From positions 3,808,001-3,872,000 of the forward strand of contig OY843751.1 in NCBI GenBank assembly GCA_963693055.1: 64,000 bases of DNA. Reading direction: 5' to 3'. The position numbers and the translations under genes are program-made. Below the pieces are notes generated by a model that ran no database searches, was not told the DNA's origin, and was given only the letters and a program-made list of their open reading frames with translations. Origin of the DNA: a bacterium (GTDB taxonomy: Bacteria; Zhuqueibacterota; Zhuqueibacteria; Residuimicrobiales; Krinioviventaceae). Below are positions 49,145 through 60,026 of the stretch, in pieces. How positions within the stretch are numbered: the first letter of the stretch is position 1; each line of letters opens with the position of its first letter.

Positions 49145-50200
49145 TTAAACAAGATTCTTCAATTTCTGAATTTGTTTATCATTGCCCAAAGACAACAATT
49201 TATCATTTTTATCTAAAACAGTATATCCCGGAGGATTAATCTCCATGGTTCTGTCTTTTTTTTCTATACCAATAATCATGGCGCCATCCGTATCCCGTTT
49301 GATATAAGATTCGTCAAGACGTTTTCCAACCAGCTGGCTGTTTTCCGATATGGTCAATTTTTCCAGTCGCAAACCATAATCTGCAGCCTGGTTAAATGAA
49401 TCCATAAACTCTACCACATCAGGATTAATCAACAACGAAGCCATTCGCCTTCCACCAATTTCAAACGGCGAAACGACCTTGTCTGCCCCCGCAAGAACCA
49501 TCTTTTTACGAGAGGCTTCATCTACACCACGGGCAATAATACGTATTTTTGAATTCAATGCCCGAGCGGTCAATACCAGGTACACATTGGCAGCATCATC
49601 AGAGATGGCGCTAATGAGTCCACTGGCATTCTGAATGCCACTTTTTAATAAAATATCATCATCTGTAGCTTCTCCAACGGCGGCTATATACCCCATACCC
49701 AAAGCCGTGTCAATTTTATCATCATCTGTATCAATAACAATAAACTCTTTATTAGCGTTTATCAATTGTTCGCATACAGATCGCCCGATTTTACCAAAAC
49801 CGCAGACAATAATATGTTTTTCTAATCCTGTTATTGCTCTAACCATTTGTCTTCCTTTTAATAAATCTAAAAGGTGCCCTTGCACAAAAAAAGCTGCTAT
49901 ATTACCTATTGCATACCCACCAATACCAATACCCAGAAAAATCATCAGCATGGTAAACAAACGACCGCCATCACTCAGTTCCACAACTTCGTGAAATCCT
50001 ACCGTAGCAATGGTGATAACCGTCATATACAACGCATCCAGCAGCGGAATTTTTTCAATGATCCGATACCCAACTGTGCCAGTGATCAAAACAGTCAAAA
50101 TCAGAAAAGCCGCATAGATCAAACGTCTGAATGTTTCATGGCTCAGCAATGCTGATTTTGAAAGTGAAGAAAATGAGCGAATATGACGGGGACTATTCAT
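49145..50200 (-). CDS. MthK-like potassium channel (2TM + RCK-N + RCK-C)
   Basis: DALYMTVITIATVGF pore helix, HIIVCGFGKIG, GADKVVSP. Confidence 0.9.
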   Translation of the reverse strand: MNSPRHIRSFSSLSKSALLSHETFRRLIYAAFLILTVLITGTVGYRIIEKIPLLDALYMTVITIATVGFHEVVELSDGGRLFTMLMIFLGIGIGGYAIGNIAAFFVQGHLLDLLKGRQMVRAITGLEKHIIVCGFGKIGRSVCEQLINANKEFIVIDTDDDKIDTALGMGYIAAVGEATDDDILLKSGIQNASGLISAISDDAANVYLVLTARALNSKIRIIARGVDEASRKKMVLAGADKVVSPFEIGGRRMASLLINPDVVEFMDSFNQAADYGLRLEKLTISENSQLVGKRLDESYIKRDTDGAMIIGIEKKDRTMEINPPGYTVLDKNDKLLSLGNDKQIQKLKNLV

Positions 50201-50297
50201 AGCAATCTTTTTTATACAAAATTATTTTCAAAGATATGTATATTATTGGTTTAGCACAATATTTTTTTTCAATATAATGCAAGATCAATCAAGCTGC

Positions 50298-51533
50298 TCA
50301 GCCTTGACGTCTTTTGGGGAACAGTAAGTGTGTACGCATCTCTTTATTTAACTTAAGCTTACCCGTCATTTGTTCATAATACGGCGCATTCCACACATTT
50401 GCGGAACGTCGCAACAATAAAAATAATCCTTCAGCATTGGTATCAATATAGTGCTCTATTCCACCCAGTTGTTCAAATTTCCAGGGTCCGCCATTTAATG
50501 GGCGTAATAAATAATCCATTGCTTTGCGCATAGAGCGTCCGTCTTGAGAATAATTCCACAAATCCACCCCAACTTTATCTCCCATAGATGCCAGTTCAAA
50601 CATACCTCTCAAATTCATCACACTATAGCTATAGGATTTTGTTCTATCAAGCTCATGGGGCTGACTGCCGTCTGGTTCTATATGTTTGGCAATACGGCGT
50701 TCTTTGGCTTCCTCAAGAATTGCAATTGCCAAGCTATCCTGCCCGGTATACAATGCCATACTTACGGCCTGAACATCCCACCAGGTTCCATGATTATTGA
50801 AATAATAATGCTCATCTTTACCTTTATCACTATTCAGCAGCCAATCCAGATAATTTTTAAACCATGCCTGCATACCCGCATCATCTTTTGCGGTCCATAC
50901 TTTAGTGGTCTTGAGCATACATATAGCATCAATACAATTCATCAGATTTCGGGTACCAATAATACCAATGCCACGTCCTTTAACCCGTCCGGGTATGGCC
51001 TGCCCAAACTCGAGATGGGGATTCATTCGGGTAGAATCATCAAGAAAGAACACTCGCAACAAATGAGCAGCTTTTTCAGCGTAAATATCATTATCAGAGA
51101 AAAATGCTGCCAAAGCAAGTGTTTCTACTGTATTTATCAATTTGTTAAGAGTAGGTGCATCAGAACGACTGTCACGACTTGCGGGATTCACCTCTCCATC
51201 TCTGCGAATAAATGGCAGACCGTCCGGCTTTTCCGGATCAGGCCACCAGTAAGGGCCATAACTCATAAAATCATGTTTATCACCACTGGGAGGAACAATG
51301 CTCTTGTTTATGACTGTTAAATCAGGGCACTCTAATGCAGCATCAGCATCTGCCAGTAATGCATTAAAAGCAGGGATATACTCCGGGTCTTTTGCAACAA
51401 TCCGTTCTTTGACAGAGTTCAGATCAATGGGATCCAGACGAAACGTGTTCAAAGAATTATCCAGCGCTTTATTATTCTGATAGCAATTAAAAAACATTAG
51501 CAAAAACAAAAACGCAAACAAACGCTTATACAT
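50298..51533 (-). CDS. Alginate-lyase-family polysaccharide lyase
   Basis: PPSGDKHDFMSYGPYWWPD, RRDGEVNP, NNHGTW, DGSQPHELDRT. Confidence 0.85.
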   Translation of the reverse strand: MYKRLFAFLFLLMFFNCYQNNKALDNSLNTFRLDPIDLNSVKERIVAKDPEYIPAFNALLADADAALECPDLTVINKSIVPPSGDKHDFMSYGPYWWPDPEKPDGLPFIRRDGEVNPASRDSRSDAPTLNKLINTVETLALAAFFSDNDIYAEKAAHLLRVFFLDDSTRMNPHLEFGQAIPGRVKGRGIGIIGTRNLMNCIDAICMLKTTKVWTAKDDAGMQAWFKNYLDWLLNSDKGKDEHYYFNNHGTWWDVQAVSMALYTGQDSLAIAILEEAKERRIAKHIEPDGSQPHELDRTKSYSYSVMNLRGMFELASMGDKVGVDLWNYSQDGRSMRKAMDYLLRPLNGGPWKFEQLGGIEHYIDTNAEGLFLLLRRSANVWNAPYYEQMTGKLKLNKEMRTHLLFPKRRQG

Positions 51534-51754
51534 GGCTGCTCCTGTAAATTACAAGTATTTATAGTATAATCAAAATTTTAGAGGAATGCAAAACCAATTC
51601 ATTGCTGCTTGTAAAAATGGCTTGCATTTCAAAAAATCTATTATAAATTTATAATACAATTCTTTGGGTAGATGTTTTAGGGTAAATTTTTATAGCAGAA
51701 AAAACGGGGACGATCAATCAGGAGCGCATTTTCTGTTAGAAAGGGGTAACAAAA

Positions 51755-52669
51755 ATGATTTTTCTGGTTGAAGATGAACCAATTTATCAAAAATTAATCG
51801 CCAGTGCATTACAACCTCTGCATTGTGAAATTGACATTGCAAATGATGGCTATTCGGCTATTGAAAAATTTAAACCAGACATTCACAAACTCGCAATAAT
51901 TGATCTGGTTTTACCGGGCCCCATGAACGGCATTGAAGTGATCCGTAAACTGTTACAGTTAAAACCTGACCTAACTGTACTGGTTTGCTCTGGCTATGGT
52001 AACCATACAATTCAAACTAAAATCAAAAAAGCCGGCGCCCGCGATTTTATCTATAAACCCTTTACTCCGGACCAAATGCTTGAAAAAGTTACCGCATACC
52101 TGAATTTAAAAAAAACAGACCCCCATCAACAGTCAGAAAAAACTAAAAACAGTCAGATTGAGAACATTAATCGAAATACAGAACCATCGCCCCATACTCC
52201 CAATATAGAAACGAAAGAACCAACCACTCGAATGACTTTTCCTCAAATCTTTGATAAATTCCCCACACCGGTCATCAAAGAAATCTTTAAAATTGGTACT
52301 CAACTACGTCTGCTAAAGCAATGCAGAGATACAATCAACTATACAGAGTCTATAATAACGGTTACATCAGGACGATTAAGGTGTTACCGTCAGAACCAGA
52401 TAATAGGTATACTGGAAGCCGGCCAAAGTCTGGGCTTTGAATCTCTAACCAAAGAATATGATTCTTATTGTAACCTTGAAATTGAAGCATTAACAACAAC
52501 TACTTTATTAATTATCCCTAAAATCCATTTTTTACAATTCTTTTGTAATCATAGTGAGAATCTGCTTGCTCAGTTGGAACAAAATCTTAAACTAGCAATG
52601 CCACAAAATTTGTTATACAACGCGGGGATGCTGAATCAGAAAAATAGCCAAATAAAAATACTCCACTAG
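51755..52669 (+). CDS. Response regulator: REC + linker + cNMP-binding-like domain
   Basis: LVEDE, IIDLVLPGPMNG, SGY, KPF; C-terminal SGRLRCY...IGILEAGQSLGFESL. Confidence 0.8.
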   Translation: MIFLVEDEPIYQKLIASALQPLHCEIDIANDGYSAIEKFKPDIHKLAIIDLVLPGPMNGIEVIRKLLQLKPDLTVLVCSGYGNHTIQTKIKKAGARDFIYKPFTPDQMLEKVTAYLNLKKTDPHQQSEKTKNSQIENINRNTEPSPHTPNIETKEPTTRMTFPQIFDKFPTPVIKEIFKIGTQLRLLKQCRDTINYTESIITVTSGRLRCYRQNQIIGILEAGQSLGFESLTKEYDSYCNLEIEALTTTTLLIIPKIHFLQFFCNHSENLLAQLEQNLKLAMPQNLLYNAGMLNQKNSQIKILH

Positions 52670-52781
52670 TATCAAAAAGCTTTCTCTGAATCAACCGGCA
52701 TGAAAATTATTTCTTGATAAATGTTTTAAAAATTGTATATTAGGTTTGTTGTAATTTAGAATTGGTTGAATTGGTGATGGA

Positions 52782-53765
52782 ATGATCCTAATTGTTGAAG
52801 ATGAAGCCTTGTTCAGTCAAGCAATTGCAGAAATGCTTGATGGATTTGGTAAAAGAGTCATAATAGCTACCGATGGCGACCAGGCTCTTGAAAAAATGGA
52901 AAAATATCATTACTCTCTTGCCGTTATTGATTTGGTTTTACCGGGACCAATGAATGGATTAGAAGTGATTAAAAAGATCAAACTTCATACTCCAAGTACC
53001 CGTGTGATTGCCATTTCAGGTTATGGGAACCAATCCCTCATCCAAAAAACATACAAAGCCGGCGCAGATGTCTTTATAGCAAAACCATTCAAACCGGTTG
53101 AATTGATTGATCATGTTGAAAAGCTGTTATTCAAACGTAAAGCCGTTGAAACAGAAGAACCTCTGCCAGACATGGAAAAACCCACAACTCCGACCTCTGT
53201 AGCACCAGAGCCAGTGGCAATGCCAGTCATGTCCCCACAACCTCAACCTGTTGTCAATCAACCTGAACCTGCAAGAGCAACTGGCAATACCATACCGGAA
53301 CTGTTTAGAAATTTTCCTCAAAAATCTTTGGTCGAATTGGTTAAATTGGGTAAAGTTACCAAAATTAACCAGGGACAAAGACTTAAAATCAATTACACTG
53401 AAAATATTGTTATTATTGCCGGGGGTATGGTAGGATGCTCAAGAGATAATGTGCATGTGGGCATGTTGAACGTACGAGAATCCATAGGGCAAGAGTCACT
53501 CACACAAGATATTGATCCCAATGCCTGGGTTATCATTGAAACAACCGTTCCCAGCAAGCTCTTTATTATCCCCAAAGTACAACTGTTACGCTACCTCAGC
53601 AACCATTCCGAACTGCTTTTAGAAACATTCAAGGCCAATTTAAAAGATTCGTTAAAACACAATATCATTCTCAAAACGGCCCGGCATATGGATTCACCCG
53701 AAGAACCTGGCCTATCAGAAAATTCCAGTGAAAACCGGAACCCACAGGACGATTTAATAATATAA
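52782..53765 (+). CDS. Response regulator paralog: REC + Pro-rich linker + cNMP-binding-like domain
   Basis: IVEDE, VIDLVLPGPMNG, SGY, KPF; VGMLNVRESIGQESL. Confidence 0.8.
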   Translation: MILIVEDEALFSQAIAEMLDGFGKRVIIATDGDQALEKMEKYHYSLAVIDLVLPGPMNGLEVIKKIKLHTPSTRVIAISGYGNQSLIQKTYKAGADVFIAKPFKPVELIDHVEKLLFKRKAVETEEPLPDMEKPTTPTSVAPEPVAMPVMSPQPQPVVNQPEPARATGNTIPELFRNFPQKSLVELVKLGKVTKINQGQRLKINYTENIVIIAGGMVGCSRDNVHVGMLNVRESIGQESLTQDIDPNAWVIIETTVPSKLFIIPKVQLLRYLSNHSELLLETFKANLKDSLKHNIILKTARHMDSPEEPGLSENSSENRNPQDDLII

Positions 53766-53814
53766 AATTATTTACTCCAAATCAACAGACACAAATACTA
53801 AAACAGAGGAAACT

Positions 53815-54672
53815 ATGAAGAAGATTTTGTTTATAGTCGCAATAGTTTTTATAGCCCTGCCCGCTTTTTCAGCAAGTAATTCCGAAACACAAAACATTAT
53901 GACCTTTAATTTACGGTTCAACAACCCCAATGATGGTGAAAATGCATGGCCTCTAAGGAAAGATAATGCCGTTAGCATGATTCGGTTTTATGATGCAGAT
54001 ATTGTAGGCTGCCAGGAAGCGCTAATTGACCAGGTAGAATATCTGGATGATAAACTGAACGATTATTCCTGGTATGGATTGGGTAGAGATGATGGTAAAA
54101 AAGACGGTGAGATTATGGCTGTTTTTTACAAATCCGCCAGGTACAATGTACTGATGGATTCTACAATCTGGCTTTCTCAAACACCTACCCAACCGGGAAA
54201 AGGTTGGGATGCCGCTTGTAACCGCACAATTACCGTATTGAAATTCCAAGACAAGAATAGCCAAGAGATCTTTTATCTGTTCAATACACATTTTGACCAC
54301 AGAGGCCAGGAAGCACGCCGACAAAGCGCGCATTTGTTAATCAAATCGGTCAAGGAAATTGCAGGTAAAACCCCATTTGTGGTCACTGGTGATTTTAATA
54401 TGGTACCCGAGAGTGAACCTTATCAAATTATTACCAGTAGTAAATCACCCCAAATTATTGACGCAAAAAAAATCACAAAGCTTCCACATCATGGACCGAC
54501 GGGTACCTCTACCGGATTTAAAATAGAAAATATTGATAGAAAGAAACGTATCGATTACATATTCACAGGTGTAGGCATTCAGGTATTGAGGCATGGTACG
54601 CTTTCAGATACCTTTGACGGGAAACTTCCCTCGGACCATTTTCCGGTATTGGCAGAAATTAAACTACCATAA
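53815..54672 (+). CDS. Endonuclease/exonuclease/phosphatase family protein, secreted
   Basis: MTFNLR, GCQE, NTHFDH, GDFN, IDYIF, SDHFPV. Confidence 0.92.
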   Translation: MKKILFIVAIVFIALPAFSASNSETQNIMTFNLRFNNPNDGENAWPLRKDNAVSMIRFYDADIVGCQEALIDQVEYLDDKLNDYSWYGLGRDDGKKDGEIMAVFYKSARYNVLMDSTIWLSQTPTQPGKGWDAACNRTITVLKFQDKNSQEIFYLFNTHFDHRGQEARRQSAHLLIKSVKEIAGKTPFVVTGDFNMVPESEPYQIITSSKSPQIIDAKKITKLPHHGPTGTSTGFKIENIDRKKRIDYIFTGVGIQVLRHGTLSDTFDGKLPSDHFPVLAEIKLP

Positions 54673-54697
54673 ATAAATTGATCAAAAAGGAGCAGAT

Positions 54698-55717
54698 ATG
54701 AAAAAAGTTTTAACAGTATTACTTTCCTTGCTTTTTTTCCTGGTTGCGTGCAGTACCCAAAATGCAGATAAACCTGCTGAAACAATTGTAAAACAACAAT
54801 TTATTTTTTCAATGGAATATCCACCAACTCCGGAATGCCATGCATCTACACTTGAAGAAACACCGGAAGGCCTTATTGCAGCATGGTTTGCAGGTACCAG
54901 GGAAAAAAATCCGGATGTTGGAATATGGACATCTCATTACACCAAAGCAAATGGCTGGTCAGCTCCGGTTGAAGTAATTGATGATCCCACCTACCCATGT
55001 TGGAATCCTGTGCTGTTTCAGCCTTCCAGCGGCCCACTGCTTCTTTTCTACAAAGTCGGCCCAACTCCACGTGATTGGTGGGGAATGGTTCTCAAATCAA
55101 ACGATAATGGTAAAACCTGGAGCGAACCGGAAAGACTGCCGGATGGATTTCTGGGTCCCATCAAAAACAAACCCATTGAAACCAAACCGGGTATGGTCTT
55201 GTGCCCAACAAGTACAGAAGATAATGGTTGGGTAGTACACTTTGAAATTTTGGACCTGTCCGATTGGAGCTGGTGGAAAACTGGTCGTTTAAATGATGCT
55301 GAAAAATATGGTGCTATACAACCCACTCTTTTGACTTATCCCGATGGAAAAATTCAGGCTTTGAATCGTAGTCGTCAAAAGGTTATTACTGAATTATGGT
55401 CAAGCGATGGCGGAAGGACCTGGAGCGAAATGACTGATACCATGCTGCCAAACCCCAACTCGGGTATTGACGGCGTTACATTAAAAGATGGTCGTCAGGT
55501 ATTGATCTATAATCATACTCCCAAAGGTCGTTCACCCATCAACCTGGCAGTATCCAAAGACGGTAAAAACTGGACACCCGTTCTTGAACTGGAAACCATT
55601 GAAGGTGAATTTTCTTATCCTGCGGTAATTCAAAGTTCAGATGGTATGGTGCAGGTACTTTACACATATAAACGCAAAACAATCAAACACGTAATTGTAG
55701 ACCCCTCTACATTTTAG
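54698..55717 (+). CDS. Sialidase-like BNR_2 repeat lipoprotein
   Basis: Lipobox LVAC; CHASTL, CWNPVL, SNDNGKTWS, GPIKNKP, SSDGGRTWS, EFSYPAVI. Confidence 0.85.
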   Translation: MKKVLTVLLSLLFFLVACSTQNADKPAETIVKQQFIFSMEYPPTPECHASTLEETPEGLIAAWFAGTREKNPDVGIWTSHYTKANGWSAPVEVIDDPTYPCWNPVLFQPSSGPLLLFYKVGPTPRDWWGMVLKSNDNGKTWSEPERLPDGFLGPIKNKPIETKPGMVLCPTSTEDNGWVVHFEILDLSDWSWWKTGRLNDAEKYGAIQPTLLTYPDGKIQALNRSRQKVITELWSSDGGRTWSEMTDTMLPNPNSGIDGVTLKDGRQVLIYNHTPKGRSPINLAVSKDGKNWTPVLELETIEGEFSYPAVIQSSDGMVQVLYTYKRKTIKHVIVDPSTF

Positions 55718-55720
55718 CAT

Positions 55721-55754
55721 AAAAAAAGCCCCTGGACTCATTATCCAGGGGCTT
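55721..55754. terminator. Terminator between convergent genes
   Basis: AAGCCCCTGGA-N7-TCCAGGGGCTT perfect stem; T run on the minus strand. Confidence 0.8.
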
Positions 55755-55776
55755 GATGCCTGCAAATAAAAAAATC

Positions 55777-56619
55777 TTATAACATCGACAACACACCTTT
55801 AATATAACCAATAGATTCAGCAGCACCTGCTAAAGGATCATCTCCGTCTTTTTCATATTCAAGAGAAACTTTGCCTTTATAGCCCAAATCAACAAGCGTT
55901 TTGAGGAATCCGGGGATATCAATTACACCCCGCCCTACTTGCAGGGTACTTCCCTTTTCTGTAGATTCAGTAACGTCTTTAATGTGCACATCAAATAAAC
56001 GATCAAAGTATTTTTTAGATTCACCCGCGGGATCAAGACCAATACGTTGTGTATGACCAATATCCATACACAAGCCAAAACGTTTATCAAGGTTTTTTAT
56101 GCGGTCATATGCATCACTGGGTGCAGGATATCGTTTATCACCAGGGCCATGGTTATGAATTGCAACCATAATATCATATTCTTTTATCTTTTCATTAACC
56201 AGCTCTAACAGATTGTGTTCAGGAACACCAATAATCATTTTCATTCCGGCAGCTTTTGCATATTCAAATGCCTGGATGACCTGCGCTTCATTCTCCATAT
56301 AAACCACACCGCATCCATACAGATTCAAGCCTGCAGCTTTAGTCTTTTCAACAGTTTCTTTGATCTTTTCCGGGGAAGAGTCAAGTGGTAAATGCATACT
56401 TTTAAAAGCAATATTTTTCACACCCACCTTATTGGTCATTTCCAGAGTTTCTTCAAGACTGAATTTACGAAAAGTATAAGATGCCATACCTAACTCTAAT
56501 GGGCATTCTTTGCTCTTTTTATCATATCCGGCGCCATACACTGAAGAAGCCAATGCACCCGCAGCAGCAACACCAATACCCGCGGTTTTGAAAAAATCTC
56601 TTCTTGACTGATGAGACAT
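55777..56619 (-). CDS. Tat-exported sugar phosphate isomerase/epimerase (TIM barrel)
   Basis: SRRDFFK twin-arginine signal; IHNHGP, DIGH, HIKD, LEYE. Confidence 0.88.
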   Translation of the reverse strand: MSHQSRRDFFKTAGIGVAAAGALASSVYGAGYDKKSKECPLELGMASYTFRKFSLEETLEMTNKVGVKNIAFKSMHLPLDSSPEKIKETVEKTKAAGLNLYGCGVVYMENEAQVIQAFEYAKAAGMKMIIGVPEHNLLELVNEKIKEYDIMVAIHNHGPGDKRYPAPSDAYDRIKNLDKRFGLCMDIGHTQRIGLDPAGESKKYFDRLFDVHIKDVTESTEKGSTLQVGRGVIDIPGFLKTLVDLGYKGKVSLEYEKDGDDPLAGAAESIGYIKGVLSML

Positions 56620-56694
56620 TTTTGAACCTCCATTTTTTTGAATGGCATAAAGTAACATGAAATTCATGAAATGTCAATATATATTTGAACCGGT

Positions 56695-57144
56695 TCAAAT
56701 TATTTGTTTTTCAGGTTTATCACTCACCATATATATCAATGCATCGCCTTCAACACAAACAGTACCATCCTGTTTTTCACATAAAAGCTTTAATGTTACA
56801 ATGGGTTTATCTTGCCTCAGGTGAGATACTGTAGCAGAAGCGGTAATAGTATCACCAATAAATACGGGGGCTTTCATATCAAAATTATAATTGAGCGAAA
56901 CACCTCCGGGTGTAGTCAAAGCGCTGGTACAGTTTTGAACAAGGGATGCGGTTAAAAATCCATGTGCAATACGCTGACCAAACTGGGTAGTTTTGGCATA
57001 AGTATCATCAACGTGTATACGATTAAAATCACCTGTAATGCCTGCAAATAAATATATATCACTTTCTGAAAGCGTTTTTACAAACTCGTGCCGTAAACCT
57101 ATATACATATCAGACATGTGTTTTTCGGCAATATCTTTAGACAT
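56695..57144 (-). CDS. MaoC/PhaJ family hot-dog dehydratase
   Basis: FAGITGDFNRIHVD...FGQRIAHG, APVFIGDTI. Confidence 0.9.
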   Translation of the reverse strand: MSKDIAEKHMSDMYIGLRHEFVKTLSESDIYLFAGITGDFNRIHVDDTYAKTTQFGQRIAHGFLTASLVQNCTSALTTPGGVSLNYNFDMKAPVFIGDTITASATVSHLRQDKPIVTLKLLCEKQDGTVCVEGDALIYMVSDKPEKQII

Positions 57145-57272
57145 TATAACCTCCTAATACACCAAAAATAATCAGGTTGCAATAAACAAGAATTTAATGT
57201 ATACTATACAAAATTGCACAATCAAAAACAATCAAGTAATTATAGCTGTTATTCCCAATAAACTGGAGAAGC

Positions 57273-58535
57273 ATGATGAAAAAAATTGCAGCAATATTAT
57301 TATTGATAGTAACATTGGCCGTATCCCAGGAAGCAAATTACGACGAATCCCTTGTACCTGATTATACACTTCCGGAACTTTTCAAAATGCAAGACGGCAC
57401 ACTGGTAAAAACAGTTAAAGACTGGGAGCAAAAACGTCGCCCCGAAATTCTGGCATTATTTGAAAAAGAAGTATATGGAAAATCTCCAGAGGCCCCCAAA
57501 AATCTGCGCTATAAAGTATTGGAGCAAAGTGACAAGGCAATAGACGGCAAAGCCACCCGTAAACAGGTTCGGGTCTTTTTCAGCGACAATGAAAATCCGC
57601 ATATGGATATACTGATCTATATCCCCAACAAGGTATCAAAACCCGCACCTGGTTTTCTCACACTCAACTTTTACGGCAATCATACTGTCAGTAACGATCC
57701 TGAAATCATTATATCAGATTCATGGTCACGCAACAATGAGGATTTTCATATTGAAAACAACAAGCTGGATGAACGTTCTCGCGGAGTACGAACAAACCGC
57801 TGGGCTGTAGAAAAAATAATTGATCGCGGTTACATGCTGTCTACAATCTATTACGGAGATATTGACCCTGATTTTAATGATTTCAACAATGGCATACATC
57901 CACTCTTTTATAAAAATGACCAAACGCAACCCGGGCCCGACGAATGGGGCGCAATTGCTGCATGGGCCTGGGGTCTCTCGAGAGCCATGGATTATTTTGA
58001 AAAAGATAATCAAATCGATCAAAATAATATTGCAGTTATGGGTCACTCTAGATTGGGTAAAACATCATTATGGGCAGGTGCTACTGATCCCCGTATTGCG
58101 ATTACAATTTCAAATTGTTCAGGATGCGGTGGAGCCGCAATTTCCCGCAGAAAATTTGGAGAAACCGTCAAACGTATCAATACCTCTTTTCCCCATTGGT
58201 TTTGCGATAATTTCCTGCAATACAATGATAACGAAGACAATCTGCCCATAGATCAGCACATGTTGATTGCTTTAATGGCCCCCCGCCCTGTTTACATAGC
58301 AAGCGCGGAAAAAGACCGTTGGGCTGATCCTAAAGGTGAATTTTTGTCCGGTAAATTCGCCAGCCCTGTCTTTGAATTATATGGATTTGAAGCAATGCAG
58401 GCAGATGAATGGCCGCCTGTAAACACCCCGGTCAAGGGTATCATTGGTTATCATGTACGTACTGGTAAACATGATGTAACTGAATACGATTGGGAACAAT
58501 ATTTAGAGTTTGCAGATAAATATTTAAAAAATTAA
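57273..58535 (+). CDS. CE15 glucuronoyl esterase-like carbohydrate esterase
   Basis: NYDESLVPDYTLP, WGAIAAWAWG, GHSRLGK, SGCGG, DQHMLIALMAPRP, WADPKGE. Confidence 0.88.
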   Translation: MMKKIAAILLLIVTLAVSQEANYDESLVPDYTLPELFKMQDGTLVKTVKDWEQKRRPEILALFEKEVYGKSPEAPKNLRYKVLEQSDKAIDGKATRKQVRVFFSDNENPHMDILIYIPNKVSKPAPGFLTLNFYGNHTVSNDPEIIISDSWSRNNEDFHIENNKLDERSRGVRTNRWAVEKIIDRGYMLSTIYYGDIDPDFNDFNNGIHPLFYKNDQTQPGPDEWGAIAAWAWGLSRAMDYFEKDNQIDQNNIAVMGHSRLGKTSLWAGATDPRIAITISNCSGCGGAAISRRKFGETVKRINTSFPHWFCDNFLQYNDNEDNLPIDQHMLIALMAPRPVYIASAEKDRWADPKGEFLSGKFASPVFELYGFEAMQADEWPPVNTPVKGIIGYHVRTGKHDVTEYDWEQYLEFADKYLKN

Positions 58536-58551
58536 TTATTATTCATCATTC

Positions 58552-58595
58552 AAATCCCCTCTGGCAAAAACCCTATTGTCAAGGGGATTTGTTTT
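58552..58595 (+). terminator. Terminator-like hairpin after CE15 gene; IS insertion target
   Basis: AAATCCCCT...AGGGGATTT stem followed by GTTTT. Confidence 0.55.
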
Positions 58596-60026
58596 CAGGA
58601 CACCCCCGAAAAATCACAAATCATATTACTGTAAGTAATAAAAAATAATGGAGATAGAAGCAAAAAAAGCTTGTAAAAATAAAAAAAGGTTGCCTCATTA
58701 TAGTTGACAGACCATAATATAGGAGGCAACCCATGGACATCACAAAACGAGTCCAAGTAAAACTTAATCAAGTGACAGCGAAATATCAAGCAGAATTCAA
58801 CCGACCGGACTATAAATTTATCAGAGACATGCATTATGGGATACTTTGCTCCGGGCATGTACATTTAAATAAAATCGCATCAACCCTAAAGGAAGAGACG
58901 AGCCTAAAAAAGACAACAGAACGAATGTCTAGCCACTTGGGCCGCCCAGGATTTGACAGAGAATTAACCATTAGTCATCTGAAAATAAACAAAAGAAGGT
59001 TTTCGGATTCGAAATACTTGATAGCAGATATGAGTGATATAATCAAGCCTTATGCGGAAAAGATGGAAGGGCTTGATCGTGTTTATGATGGTAGTACCAA
59101 AGAACTAGGGAATGGATACTGGCAACTGAATATCATTGGAGTTGATAAAACCGGTACATCCATCATGCCGCTGGTGAGTACGCTTTGGGCGACGGATCAG
59201 GAAGAAGGCAAAGGTATTTCAGAGAACAAGAAAATCCTCGAATCCGTGGACACGATTCGAGAACATATTCATGGAGAACAGATAGTTGTTTATGATCGCG
59301 GAGGTGATCGTAGCAAACTGATGAACAAATGGATTAAGCAAAAACAACACTTTATAATACGGCAAACCGGGTACCGGGATATATTTGTTCAAGGAGTAAA
59401 GAAGAATTTAAAGAAATATGCCGAAAAAATCCGTCCCAGTACTGAAATTACCGTGCAGAAAAAACGCCGGAACAGGCTGATAAAGCGATGTTTTCAATGC
59501 GGTGCCCGTAAGGTATATCTGCCAAAGCAGTATGGGGATGGCCCAATGAACACCGGATTATGGCTGATTTCAGTCACTGAACCTGGCAAAGGCAAAAGCT
59601 GGTTTTTAAGCTTTATACCGGCAGAGACTGAACGTGAGGCCATAGAGATTACCATGGAAGGCTATGGTTACCGGTGGAAAATTGAAGAGGTACATCGTCA
59701 AATAAAAAATGATTATCATCTTGAAGACATTTGCCTTAAAAGGTATGTTGCGCTAAAAAATTTTAATGCCCTGTTTTGGAATGTCATGAGTTTTATCTAT
59801 TGTCATTTGGATAATATTTGTTTACATATTTTAGATCAATCTCAAGCTCCGTTGGTGTATAGAAGGAAATTAAACGAGTTTATTGGGTTTGTTTATTATA
59901 AACTGGCAAAGGCATTAAGGATCATTTTACCCAATATAAAGCTCAGAAAATTAAAGTGTAATAATCATGCCGGTGACAAAAATCAATTATTTTTGGCCCT
60001 CGAATAAAAAAATCGGGGGTACCCTG
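58596..60026 (+). mobile_element. Complete IS4-family insertion sequence (1431 bp) with 10-bp target duplication
   Basis: IRL CAGGACACCCCCGA, IRR (revcomp) CAGGGTACCCCCGA, 12/14 match; GATTTGTTTT at 58586-58595 and 60027-60036. Confidence 0.92.
58733..60007 (+). CDS. IS4-family DDE transposase
   Basis: IADMSD, VYDRGGD, YGYRWKIEEVHRQIK (YREK signature); AGGAGG RBS. Confidence 0.9.
   Translation: MDITKRVQVKLNQVTAKYQAEFNRPDYKFIRDMHYGILCSGHVHLNKIASTLKEETSLKKTTERMSSHLGRPGFDRELTISHLKINKRRFSDSKYLIADMSDIIKPYAEKMEGLDRVYDGSTKELGNGYWQLNIIGVDKTGTSIMPLVSTLWATDQEEGKGISENKKILESVDTIREHIHGEQIVVYDRGGDRSKLMNKWIKQKQHFIIRQTGYRDIFVQGVKKNLKKYAEKIRPSTEITVQKKRRNRLIKRCFQCGARKVYLPKQYGDGPMNTGLWLISVTEPGKGKSWFLSFIPAETEREAIEITMEGYGYRWKIEEVHRQIKNDYHLEDICLKRYVALKNFNALFWNVMSFIYCHLDNICLHILDQSQAPLVYRRKLNEFIGFVYYKLAKALRIILPNIKLRKLKCNNHAGDKNQLFLALE

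Noticed and set aside
49990-50010. Non-canonical K+ filter TVGFHE
   Set aside because: TVGFxE variants are common in bacterial 2TM-RCK channels; not enough to claim altered selectivity.
50544-51320. 258-aa plus-strand ORF
   Set aside because: Antisense to a clear alginate-lyase-family gene and has no recognisable motifs.
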